Of a stretch of DNA of 61,477 bases, positions 50,809-61,477 are shown piece after piece. The number at the start of each line of letters is the position of its first letter. Within the stretch, counting starts at the first letter, position 1. The DNA is from Trypethelium eluteriae (Eukaryota), in NCBI GenBank assembly GCA_051942245.1, contig JAVECL010000076.1, forward strand, positions 1 through 61,477, read 5' to 3'. The position numbers and the translations under genes were made by a program. Under the pieces are notes generated by a model. The model did no database searches and had not been told where the DNA came from. It worked only from the letters and a program-made list of their open reading frames with translations.

Positions 50809-51888
50809 ATGGCAGAATATTGGAAATCCACGGTAAGCCTCTGCATCCTCTGTCTCAGTTCAAGTATCCTGTCCGCACAAACCCATGCTCTCTGCTCGTT
50901 CCGCTCGCCGCACCCTCTGTTTCCCTGGACAGCATTTTTAACGCGTTCTTTCTCCCAGCCACGATACTGGTGCAAGTTCTGCTCAACCTACGTCCGCGAC
51001 ACCGGGCTCGAACGCCGCAATCATGAATCCACCGGCCGGCACCAGTCCGCCATCCAGCGCAACCTACGAAACTTACACAGGGACACGGAGCGCCAAGATC
51101 GCGAGAAACAGCGCGCAAAGGACGAAGTCGCACGGCTGAATGGCGTGGTTTCAGGAAACCCCTCACAGTCATCTTCATCAAGCATGCAGAGCACTGGTGG
51201 GTTAAGCAAGAGCGGGGGGCTGAAGGCAGCGACGGGAGGAGGGCAACGGCAGGTCACAGCAGAGGAGCGCAAGAGGCAACTGGCGCAGCTGGCCGCGATG
51301 GGTGTTGCGGTGCCAGAGGACTATCGGCGAGAGGTGGCAATGGCGGGTGAGTGGGAGACACTTTCCGTAAGACCCGTCACGCAGACACCACCGCCGTCTA
51401 CCGTACTTGGAGAATCGAAAGCTGGGGTGAAAACGGAAAGAATTGAGAGTAAGGAAGATATAAAGGCTGAAGCGAAGGCGTTTGGGGTGCGGAAGAGGAA
51501 GGCGGATGACGGGGATGATGAAGATGCAGTTGCAACTGGGGAATCGCATAAAAAGAAGCCATGGGGTAATACATTCAGGAAATTTCCTGGAGGAAATGGT
51601 TCTAGCGGTGACGATATTGAAGCGTTACTCGGGACTGTGAAGAAGGTCAAGACCGAGCCCGAGCCCGAGCCCGAGCCAGAAATAGAACCGAGATCAGGAG
51701 GGGAGCAGACTCAGGATGGTCATGATCCTGTAGTCAAGGAAGAGGATGACGAGCCTGCTATGGGTGCTTTATCGGGGCCTTCTGACGAAGTTACAGCAAG
51801 TTCAGGTAAGGAGGAAGAGCAAAGGGAAGAAGTGCCAGGGGCCGGAATAATATTCAAAAAGAGGAAGAAAGCTGTGGCACCAAGATAG
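50809..51888 (+). CDS. U1/matrin-type zinc finger protein (WBP4/FBP21-like), 2 exons
   Basis: MAEYWKST|PRYWCKFCSTYVRDT..RRNHESTGRHQ; intron 50833-50958; C-terminal FKKRK. Confidence 0.85.
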   Translation: MAEYWKSTVSLCILCLSSSILSAQTHALCSFRSPHPLFPWTAFLTRSFSQPRYWCKFCSTYVRDTGLERRNHESTGRHQSAIQRNLRNLHRDTERQDREKQRAKDEVARLNGVVSGNPSQSSSSSMQSTGGLSKSGGLKAATGGGQRQVTAEERKRQLAQLAAMGVAVPEDYRREVAMAGEWETLSVRPVTQTPPPSTVLGESKAGVKTERIESKEDIKAEAKAFGVRKRKADDGDDEDAVATGESHKKKPWGNTFRKFPGGNGSSGDDIEALLGTVKKVKTEPEPEPEPEIEPRSGGEQTQDGHDPVVKEEDDEPAMGALSGPSDEVTASSGKEEEQREEVPGAGIIFKKRKKAVAPR

Positions 51889-52514
51889 AGGACATGGGCC
51901 CTATGATCTAACACGTACTCATGATACCCGGAATATTATGAGGTACTTAATTTAGGGATCAATCCACAGTGTACTAGAAGCATTTGATTCTGTTGAGCAA
52001 TCAGTCATAATCGTGATTTCACTACCTAAAACAATCCCGAACTCCATGTGCCTTATTACTGGGAAAGAAATTTCTTGTGTCGTGGAAAGCACATCATGTC
52101 TGTGTCATAATCATGGTTGAGCAGGTTCCTCGAGATCCCGCCGATTCCACCTAATCGTACCATCTTCAGATGCATTTAGGTCGTCTGTGGAGCAAATGGA
52201 ACAAATGAAACCGAAGCGAAGCCAGCATTACGGAAAAGATTGAAGAGAACCGAAAGAAGGTTGTTGAGCGTCGTAAGGTGAGTAACAGTTGTGTTTGTGT
52301 TCATGCCGCAACTTCATCCGCCCATTTTGGTGTGCATGGAATGCTATAATCTTTGAAAGCCAATCTTGATACTGCAGCAGAAGCAGCGCCAACTCCTCGC
52401 TACTCCAATTCCGGGAAGTTGCCAGCCCACCATCTTATTGTTAATGCCAGGTCATCATTGTATAAACGCATGCCAAATCTTTTTCTATTGGAAAAAAGAT
52501 GGGAAAAGGTATGT

Positions 52515-54471
52515 TTAGTACCTAGGAGAAGGGGCACCCATAGGAGGTGGCGGGACACCACCTTGACCATACGGATTTCCGTCAGCATACGCAGTCTGAC
52601 CGGGAGGCTGATAACCGTTGCCCAACATAAGAGGATTGTTGCCAGCGAAGTACATATTTTGTGCCTTCTGTCGCTGCCTTTTTTCGCGTCGCTTCCTCTG
52701 CTCTCGCTTACGCTTCTCAAGTTCATGCAGTGAGTGTCGTTGCTCATTCATCTCCTTCCACTCACTGAATGCACCCTTGATACCAAGAGCAGCGATACCG
52801 ACAGCGGCAGCATCTTGGAGCCAGGCTTTGCTACGTTTCTTGCGAGCTTCTTCAGCGGTCATTTCACCCTCTTGGACTAGTTTGTGGCGTTTCTCGGAGG
52901 CTTCCATAGAATTGTAGACACCATGTGCGGCGTGAATCGTTGCAATTGTTGCAAGGCCCGCAGTGATAAGTTCTTTGCCACGCATTTTCTTTCGACGCTG
53001 TTCGAGGTCGGTCGATGATTCGGAGTCGGTAGTAGAGTCCTCTCCTTTACCAAGATGAGGATCGCGAGCAGGGGCAGCAGCAGCTTGTTGGGCTGCCCAG
53101 TCATTGTTATTTCCAGAACGAGAGGCGACTTCACGAGAGGTACTTTCAGGATATTGAGAAGGAGCTGAACGAGCCGCCGCATACCGACCTAGACTTGAGT
53201 TAAGCACAAGTCAGAGGGAGGCAGTCCACGACTTAGTATCGTGACACAGAGCGCCTACCACGTCGGTTGGGAACGAAATCGTCCTCGCTGTCAGATGATG
53301 GGCTGCGAGAGCGACTCTTGTTGCGGCCGCGAGACTTCGAGCGAATTCGATCGTAAATTGCTTTACCAGCAGCGGCAAGGGCCCCCCCAGCAGCCAACTC
53401 TTTAATGCCACTTCCACCTCCTCCTCCTCCTCCAGCACCACCGTCACCACGAGATCGAGAGCGCCCACGACCGAAGATGGAGCGAGATCGAGAGCGAGGA
53501 CCAGCGTCAGGAGAGGCAGAACGGCCACGACCACGGCTTCTGCTCGAAGGGCCGTTGGCGACTCTGTTGGCAGCCAAGCCACCAATGACAGCTTCAGCAA
53601 GGTGGCGTTTGGACTTTTTGTCTGGATCGCGATCAAGGAGGCCATCAATTCCACCAGCGCCAATAGCAGCAGTGGCAATGCGGCGTCCTTTCGCACCAGT
53701 CCAAGGGCCGGGCGCTTTGCGGGTTCTGAATGCCTCGACTGCACCAGCCACCAGGGCAGCCTGAGCGGCTTGAGCCCACTTGCGCTCTTTCACATTCTTG
53801 TTGCTGCGAGTGCTACGCGCCGAATCCGATGAGTCATCCCGACGCCTGCTGTGACCTCGAGACTTGCTGACTCGAGATCTAGAACGGGAACGAGATTCGC
53901 TGCGACTGTCATCTTTTTCTTTGCCCGTCAACTTAGCTGCGAGACCCCCCAGACCAAGTCCCTCAATGACTTCCGATACACCAGACTTGCGACGTTCACG
54001 ACGAGGTGGGCTGGGACTGTAGTCATCCTCGGAATAATAGCTTCGGCGGCGATCAGAGCGCTTATCCTTGTGACGACGGCTGGCTCGACCAGCTGCATAG
54101 CCAGCAGCGGCACCAGCTGCGGCCGGCGCACCATATCCAGTAGAATCGTCGCTATAGTAGCCATCATCGAACTCACGGCGGCTGAGGTGGGATCGAGCCC
54201 GACGACGAGGCGGAGAGTAATCATCATATTCGTACTTTTCTCGTGTCATCGAACGACGGCGAGGGTTGGAAGAGTTAGGAGGTGGAAATTCTCGGGGAAT
54301 GTCCTCGACGCTATCATCGCGTCCGCGAAATACAAGATCGCGAGGACCAGCACCGTGACCCCGCTCGATGTAGGTCTCTTCCTTGACGTATTCGGGCTCA
54401 TCCCGCTCTCGAGGGCGGGTACGTGTATTTCGATAACGACGAGGTTCGTCGTAGTCGCCGTATTGCGACAT
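52515..54471 (-). CDS. DUF3824-type Arg/Ser-rich protein, 2 exons
   Basis: AQAALVAGAVEAFRTRK.PGPWTG.KG.RIATAAIGAGG, ELITAGLATIATIHAAH..Y.SME, LQDAAAVGIAALGIKGA.SEWKE; intron 53258-53189. Confidence 0.8.
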
Positions 54472-55467
54472 TGCGGCTGGTCGCGATGGAGATGAAAAAT
54501 GATGCGGTTGAGGATAGGATGGAGGACTTCGTCCCGGCCGGACGGGGACGAGTGGACGAGATGGAGCAGTCGACTGCAGCTCGAGATATGTGCGAACAAC
54601 CTGTGAACTATCTTTGTCTTGAGAAAAGGTTGATAACGTATGAAGATGATGTGGATGGGGTACCGTTGAAGGAGGAAATTATAGAGTAGGATAGAGGGAG
54701 AGGTGTCAGGCGAGTGTCAGAAAGTGGGGGGCGGGTTGGGCGGCGAAGAGGGAGAAGTAGTGTGCGGGCGGCAGGCGGGAAAGGGAAGCTTGGCACTGGG
54801 ATGTGCCTTACTTACGCAACCTCCAAAGGCTTGTTAGGCTGCAGCAACTGCTATTCTCTTCTTGGCCAGCGATGTAAAAATGCCGCGAGAAGAAGGCGAT
54901 AGATGGGGGCGATGCTGTGGAGGCGGAGCAGTTGAACTCAGCAGCGATGGTCCATGAGTGAATTAAAGGGAAGTGATGTGACCTTGCATGATGGTTGCTT
55001 TAGTAGTCGCTGCGATTGAACGAGACCGTGATGTATGGCCCTATCAACAATCCGGTTGGGGTCCCCGGCACCGTCGTGCGCAAAATTCGGTGTGCAAAGA
55101 TTGCGATGGGATATGCCAGCTCAGCGGATGATGCCACCAACCACCCGGCTACGTCATCCAAAGTCACGTGATCTATCAACCAGCTTCCAGTCACTGTGAC
55201 ACTGCTATGGCGAGGTGGACTGCACTTGAGATGTCAACGGAGTAAACTAGTGCAGTCAAAGCCGTTACAAGTCGTACAAGTTTCTCACTTTTGGAGAGTG
55301 GCAGCGCTAGTCCAAGATGAGCTGATTACCTAATCCCCGTTCCCGAACACCACGAGCTCCCAACCTCAGACCTAGCGAAGAGAGCATTAAGACTTAGAAA
55401 GCCATTGACTTCCACTCATCTCATCTACTGTATTTTCATCGTCTGAGAAAGGGCAAAAGAAATCAAT

Positions 55468-55993
55468 ATGTCGTCCTCACGCGTCCTCCGAACCCTCCCA
55501 GCATGGCGTGCAACCGTTCGTCAACCCGCCATGTCTCGCGCCTTCACGTCCACGCAGACTCCCAAGCTCGCCAGCACCTCAGCAATAGTCAAGAAAGACA
55601 CTGTACGCACGCTCAGCGACCAAGCAGATCCAGTAAAAATGCTAATCAAGAATCCTACAGAAGGCTATGCCATCCTTCACCTCCAACAAACCCGAGGCAC
55701 CAAAATGGGGACAGCTTCCTCCTACTGCTCAAGTACGTGACACTTTAAGCTATATTCTGAGAAGAATGGCTCGTCTTCTATCCTTCAAATGACTTTAAGA
55801 CTAATAATCACATTTTTAGGTCGGCATGATCCCCCTCTATGCCGCCATGCCCCAGCTCGTCCCTTTCTACTTTGTCAACGAGACCACCACTGCCTTTATA
55901 TGCATCCCAGCCTTGATCTATTTTTTCTCGAAATATACTCTTCCACAGAAGGTTCGATTATTCATGGCTCGCCTCTTCATTAGCAAGTTATAA
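55468..55993 (+). CDS. ATP8: Nucleus-encoded mitochondrial ATP synthase subunit 8 precursor (126 aa), 3 exons
   Basis: Exons 55468-55602, 55661-55732, 55820-55993; introns GTACGC..GCTAAT..CAG (58 nt) and GTACGT..ACTAAT..TAG (87 nt), both phase 0. C-terminal 48 aa (55847-55993) MPQLVPFYFVNETTTAFICIPALIYFFSKYTLPQKVRLFMARLFISKL match fungal Atp8 (MPQLVPFYF start, RLFISKL end). Confidence 0.92.
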
Positions 55994-56428
55994 GATGGGC
56001 GGATGGAAAAATGCAAGCATGACATCGATAGGAGAAGAGCATGTAAATAGAGATCTTGTAGAGTCTGACTCAATGGAATTCACTTTGTCTTGCTCTGTCT
56101 ACAATGAGGCGTGATTGCGGAACTTGGTCATCAACCTAGTAGCAGTGTCAATTCCGTGAGCCAGGCTATGGCTGAAGCAGAATACGAAGTACTCTCGGTT
56201 AAATCACTAAAACCAGCTTCAGGATATGAGTGGGACAAACGTGGTATGCCTACGTTCTCGAGTGCAACGAAACCGCCCTTAGTGTTGACAAGGGAGACCT
56301 CCGCAATGTGATCTTGGCACCCATATTTTACCATCAAACAGAGAAATGGTAGTGGTGATAGATCCCTCTAATTGCCCCTCATGTATGCCCGAAGCAGCCT
56401 ATGTACACAGATCTCAATTCTTGGCGCA

Positions 56429-57722
56429 CTATAAGATATCATCCTCATCGACATTCTCCCCTCTCCGCCTTGCTAACCAGATCCTCCCGCTTTCATACAC
56501 CCCCAAATAAAGTCCACTTCCTAACATCGTCCACACACTCCTCAACGCTCCACCCCTAAACAGCCCCTTCACTCCGTTCTCCCTCGCTATTTCTCTTGCG
56601 ATCTCCAAACTTCCTTTCTTTTTCCACATCTCTCCTTCCGCTCCCCCTAGCGCATCTTTCAACCCATTTTTCCCCATCTTCAATCTCTCCTTCGCCTTAT
56701 CAGCAAGTGGCTTTGACCTCTCCCCATTATCATTTATATGACGAGCCCTTTGCTGCTCCTTTTCGCGATCCCGCGCAATTTGCTCCGCCTTCCTCGCACC
56801 CTCCTCGCCCGCTGCGAGCATCACGCGCGTCTTGACCACGTCCACCGGAGTAGTCACCCATGCGGAAACACTGCCTGCAAGACCCGCGGATGTAGCAGTG
56901 ATGACACCATGTTCTATGACCGATAAGCTACCTTCTCTCTTTCTTTCGCCGCCACTGACGCCACTGCGACTACTATGCCTTTGCTGTCGCGTGCGTTGAC
57001 GACGCGCAGTCAGCATCTTCTTGAGTTGTTCAAAAAGCGGGAACTGTAGCGCCGTAAACGGTAGATTTCTACCAGCTAACGCCGTGTATCCTCTCCACAG
57101 GCTCAGCGGACTGCTTTTGAATCGAGCAAGTGTTTGCATGGTCGCTGATCCGCGAAGGCCCTTATCCGTTTTGCGATTAACCATCTGCGCATTCTGCTTG
57201 ATGACCTCGGCGGGCGTGAGGATGGCGCAAGAGACGAGTTCCGCTATGGAGGATGCGGCGGCATGGATGAGAGGTTGAGGGAGAAGTGGAGCACCATCGT
57301 TATAAGAGAGCTTTGGATTATGAGTCGCGAGAAATGACTTGGAGGCTTCATAGGTAGTGAAGAATGCTCCTGCTTTTCGAGTTGCATTAGTTGCTCTGCA
57401 AAATAGGAGGCCTGGGTTCGTTTATCGGGATAGAATTTACAGGAGGGAAGAGTTGCGATTATGACGCTGCCCACGCCTTGATAGAGACCTCGGAACAGAA
57501 CACCACGGTTGACAGTGTTCGTAGCCGCATTGGTATAAAGGCGCTTATAATCGGGGGACTGTAGACGAGTTTTGAGAGTATCGAGAGGGTAGACAAGAAG
57601 GTCAACAGTAAATGCGGCAAATGCACCAGCCTACGTAGAATTAGTATCGATGCTCGCAGTTCTCAGAGGCTACAAGCAAAGAAACTTACAACCCAGATGT
57701 CCGTATTAGTATTGCCGGACAT
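56429..57722 (-). CDS. Mitochondrial carrier, S-adenosylmethionine carrier (Pet8/Sam5-like), 3 exons
   Basis: Three carrier signatures YPLDTLKTRLQ, TPAEVIKQNAQ, TPVDVVKTRVM; GAFFTTYE, RNLPFTALQFPLFE. Confidence 0.85.
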
Positions 57723-58336
57723 TGGCTTCACAAAGTGTTTGCTCGTGCTTAGGTATACTCTCAAAATTTTGGATTGGACGGATGACGACAATCTCGATTA
57801 CTCTACACACTAAAATTAGGGCGTTTGCCTTTATGGAACTTCTTGCGCCTCTCCTTTGTCGAAGTCCACATCCTTTTCTCAGCTTGCAATGTGCTATTTC
57901 AATATTTGAAGAAAGTCGAGAGTTCCTCATAGCCTCTGCATCGCTCGATTAAACTCTTCCAGACTGTCCAGTCCCAACTGCGATAAAAGCCAGCACGGTT
58001 AGGCTCCAGCCTCCGCCCACGACGATCTTGTTTTCGTGCGTCACGGCCTCTTGAAAACGGAGACAGTATAGATAATACCCAGAGAATGCCTTGTCAATAC
58101 GAGTTGATCTGTCAGCGCCTTGTATAACGCCCAACAATGCTCGACTCCGTCCAAGACGTTGGACCGTTCTGTTGTTGTTGTGCTCAAAGTTCTTCCATCT
58201 GTCCAACTCGATAATCACATAAAGATTACTAGAGGATAGGTCATTTTCAGTTCTTCATCTTTGGCCATCTTTGGCATCTGATTTGGTTTCTTCTCTTCCA
58301 TTTTCGAAATCTAGTGCTCTGGTAGCATTTTTAGCA

Positions 58337-59157
58337 ATGAAGACACCATTCTTCTTGTCGTTTCTTCCGGTAACGCTAGTCTATGCTCATCCGGCATTGT
58401 CGCCAAGGAATCGCGACTCTTTATCAGTAGAACAAGTCCTCGAGGAAGATGCACAGGCAATTAATATGGCAGCTAAGAAGGGAGACATCAATCCAAATGG
58501 ACCTTCGCCGAACGAAAGCTATGTTTCTCGAGAAGATCAAAAACTAGAGGGAGCTTACATTCATGGCCACTTTATCCCACCAATCACCGTCATCCCATCG
58601 CTGAAGACAAGAGGCGATGACTCAAAAGGAGATGCGCATACGTCATTTGACTGTCCTGGCACACATGGCCGTGAGCTCATAGCTAGTTACGCTCGACCTT
58701 CATCATCTTGCTAATCCGTAGAGTAGTAAAAAAGACCACGTTTCACGAGGAACAGTATGAGGGCGCCGCAGCTCGAGCGATAAGAATGATTATCGGCAAG
58801 GAGAAGTCCATAAGCTATGGGCGAGTCACCTATCCTGACCATATTCTCGGCGCAGGCGGTAATAATTACCTCGGTACCGTTAAGTTCAATGGCAAGGAGG
58901 CTTTGCCAAGTCTTTGTCAAGACCGCGATGCTTACGCGTATGCATTCCCTATCCTTGACTCTGAGACACCTAAATACGTACCTTGGGATGGCAGATCAGA
59001 TCCTGGAGTTTATAGGGTGATCATTGCCTCGAAGCAACGTATGGGAAGCGAAGGGCTTGGCGGTCTTCTCGCCTCTACCGATGATATCAGCTTCTGCACT
59101 ATCACGCAGCCCGTGGACCAGCAAGCATTCACCAATTGTTTCCCTGTAGTAAATTAG
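58337..59157 (+). CDS. Secreted protein with RNase T1-like C-terminal domain, 2 exons
   Basis: Signal peptide MKTPFFLSFLPVTLVYA, pro-region, intron about 58671-58726; FDC...TYPDH...YAFPIL...DPGVYRVII...FCTITQ...AFTNC follows the fungal ribonuclease pattern. Confidence 0.65.
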
Positions 59158-59647
59158 TACAGAGGTCACGTCACATCACTTGTATTTACGTAGATGTGAG
59201 ATTCCATGATTGCTCCGAGGCTAGTAGTGATCCTAACAAAATCTACTTGTCGTGAGTTTCAAAATTTTCCAAACACGGCCTACATAAATTGTGTGTTCTT
59301 TCACTATGGTGAACATTTTCTCAACCTTGTTGTTATCATTGCAAATTAGGATGCGGTCTCATTCACCTCGACCCGCCTCACAGGTGTCATATGCGGTCAG
59401 TGAGCCAGCCCTCATGACCTGACTATAGTTTATGGAGAGCTTCATTAACCTGCCTTCGAACTTCCCTACCTTTGCGAATTGCCACTCTATAGAGTTTATA
59501 ATTTCACACTGGTGAAATGGTAGGTCATTCTCAGGCACCTTTCAAAGTGGCGCTTTCCAGCATTTTGCTTTTTAGATTATATTCATTTACGACTGACCAT
59601 CGACTCAGGCACCTGGAGACATTGATACCCCAGAATGGCAGGCCCTC

Positions 59648-61477
59648 ATGAAACAGACAGATGAGCAGTTTGAGATTCAACCGGCATATAGACTCCATAG
59701 AAAGGATCGAGCGCCTCTTCTCGACTACGCCCCGCGTGGACAAGTGGTTACGCCAACACCACCAAAGCGACGGATTCGCCATCGTAAGCGCAACGCCGCC
59801 GCTGGACAAGCCACCGTCGTTCACAGTATTTCCCCGCGCTTTGACGACAGCGAACCTCAGCGAGAGTGCTCTGCGCAGCCTCCTCCCGTGGCAACGGAGA
59901 CTTCCGGCAATATCATCAGCCCGTTGCCTCTACGTCGCTCACAACGCTTGAACGCTAACGTGGAGAAGACTTCTCTCCCCTTGAATGAAGACGGTCGAAG
60001 CGGCAGTGATCAACTTGACACCAGTCAGCATAATCCGGAATATGGTGGCCTTGTTCGTGACGTCGATCAGAACACTGTAGATCATGGCGGTCTTGATCAG
60101 GATAGATCCGAGGATGGCCATATCCATCTCGAAATGGATGGCGGCAACATGGCATTTAGTACTGGAGAAAGTACGTCAATCAACTCTGACCTCTCGCTTT
60201 TATTTCTACGAGTTTCGATGGGGAGCTCACCAATACTCCAGCATCACAATCACCGCCCACATCCGACAAAAGTCATGGCCGGGGGAAGACCCAGCTTTTC
60301 AGTCGCTGTAAGGGTGACCCGAATATTAGCGATAATCTTGGCGACAAGGCGAACGAGGATGAGAATGGCAGCCAACCGAAAGATGGGACTTCAACATATA
60401 ATTGCAGGCGATCGGTTTCCCCTTCAGCCGAGACTCCTCAGGCGAAACGTAGCCGAACCGGGGATCATACAGGTGAAGGCCTCTTCGTCCACAGTTCAGA
60501 TCATTCTGAGGAAGACCAGCAGCAAACGTATGCAGTCCAATCCGCCGCTATCGATACTTCTCACCAACGTATCAGTGTTTCTAACGGCTTCGAAATCCGT
60601 CCCGCGTCCGAGCGATTTATCCCCAGAATGGACCCGAATGATCCGCTATGGTTCAAAAAGTACGCTGCCTGGGCTAGAATGCGTAAAGAAGCTGTCGCAT
60701 GTGCGGCTACTGCCAGAAAATCTCAGCAAGACGGGTCGTCTGGCACGAATACTGTCAGATACAAAATCTCTGAGCACATGCACAAACTTTGCAGCTGCAT
60801 GAACTTCTGCGGTCGCCCTGACGAAGCTGAGGACATGGTCAAATGCGACACACCTGGACATGACAATCGATGGTACCACCTCAGCTGCGTAGAATTGACA
60901 GAAGCGCCCGAAGAAGACGAGCCCTGGTACTGCCCAGACTGCACCAATAACACGACCGACTCATCCCTCCACCCCGTCTTCAGTCGACACCCCACCAGTG
61001 CCATCCGCCCCTCCATGCCCTCCACAGAAGATGATCCCTCCCCCATAACGATCAAAGAGCGCGGACTCCGATCCTGGACTCCCGGCTGGAGCATCCGCGA
61101 AGAACAGGCCATCCTCGACATCATGCAGGACCTGATCGACGCCCACGAGAAACAAGCCGCTGCCGGCGATTCCGGCGAAGCCGATGGCGGGGAGGCCGAA
61201 AAGGAGGAAGAAGAGGAAGAGGAGGAGGTGCACCAGACTGCGCAGACACGCACCTACCCCAAACTCACCGGCCGCTTCCGCAACCTCGACGCCCTCTTCA
61301 CCTACGTCTCCGACGAGCTATGGAGCCGATGCGGCTACGAGCGCACGCGCGCCGGCATCCGCGGCCGCTGGGACGGCGCCAACGGGCTGCGGAGTCGGGC
61401 CGAGGCAGCGTGGAACGCCGAGCAGCGACATGCGAAGCGCCAGGCGGAAGGCCATGTCGAAGCTGCGAGGCAGGGAG
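59648..61477 (+). CDS. PHD-finger protein with possible Myb/SANT-like C-terminal region (3' end outside window)
   Basis: ATG 59648 (start uncertain), probable intron about 60172-60241, then frame open to the window end with CSCMNFCGRPDEAEDMVKCDTPGHDNRWYHLSCV..PWYCPDC and WSIREEQAIL...VSDELWSRCGYERTRAGIRGRW. Confidence 0.75.

Noticed and set aside
51655..51678. (GAGCCC)n tandem repeat
   Set aside because: Coding low-complexity EPEPEP tract within the zinc finger gene.
53211..54599. Long overlapping and antisense ORFs over the DUF3824 gene
   Set aside because: Shadow ORFs of GC-rich Arg/Ser-repeat coding sequence with no family motifs.
55468..55740. 90-aa ORF and 55789-55983 ORF as separate genes
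   Set aside because: Both are unspliced or wrong-frame readings of the three-exon ATP8 gene.
55847..55993. ATP8 segment as a non-functional NUMT
   Set aside because: It is spliced in frame to a presequence-like leader, is not AT-rich like fungal mtDNA and has no neighbouring mitochondrial sequence.
1..61477. CRISPR arrays, rRNA, tRNA or intact mobile elements
   Set aside because: None recognised by eye; the window is eukaryotic protein-coding DNA. A tRNA or ncRNA scan was not possible.

Overview
Intron-rich nuclear DNA from a filamentous ascomycete (Pezizomycotina; a Dothideomycete-like lineage is plausible but not provable here). A backbone of conserved genes (Nup120/160 3' end, SSK2 MAPKKK, RAD51, PUF6, kynurenine formamidase, stomatin-like protein, U1-type zinc finger, DUF3824 protein, SAM mitochondrial carrier, PHD-finger protein) is interrupted by two accessory blocks. 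Block 1 (1.2-16.5 kb) holds two Trt5/AusD/Atr3-like methyltransferases, a PTH11-like membrane protein, a secreted alpha/beta hydrolase and a divergent citrate synthase-like / 2-methylcitrate dehydratase-like pair. Block 2 (23-35 kb) holds a non-reducing PKS (SAT-KS-AT-PT-ACP-ACP-CMeT-esterase) and a GMC oxidoreductase. Two highlights: (1) a spliced, nucleus-encoded ATP8 gene at 55468-55993, absent from the ORF track, in which a complete 48-aa Atp8 is fused behind a 78-aa presequence-like extension; (2) an alkylcitrate-type enzyme module with no HR-PKS or FAS partner in the window, close to a methylorsellinate-type NR-PKS. A secreted RNase T1-like protein with apparently lost catalytic residues is also present. 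All calls come from manual translation, splice-signal reading and recalled family motifs; no database searches were run.
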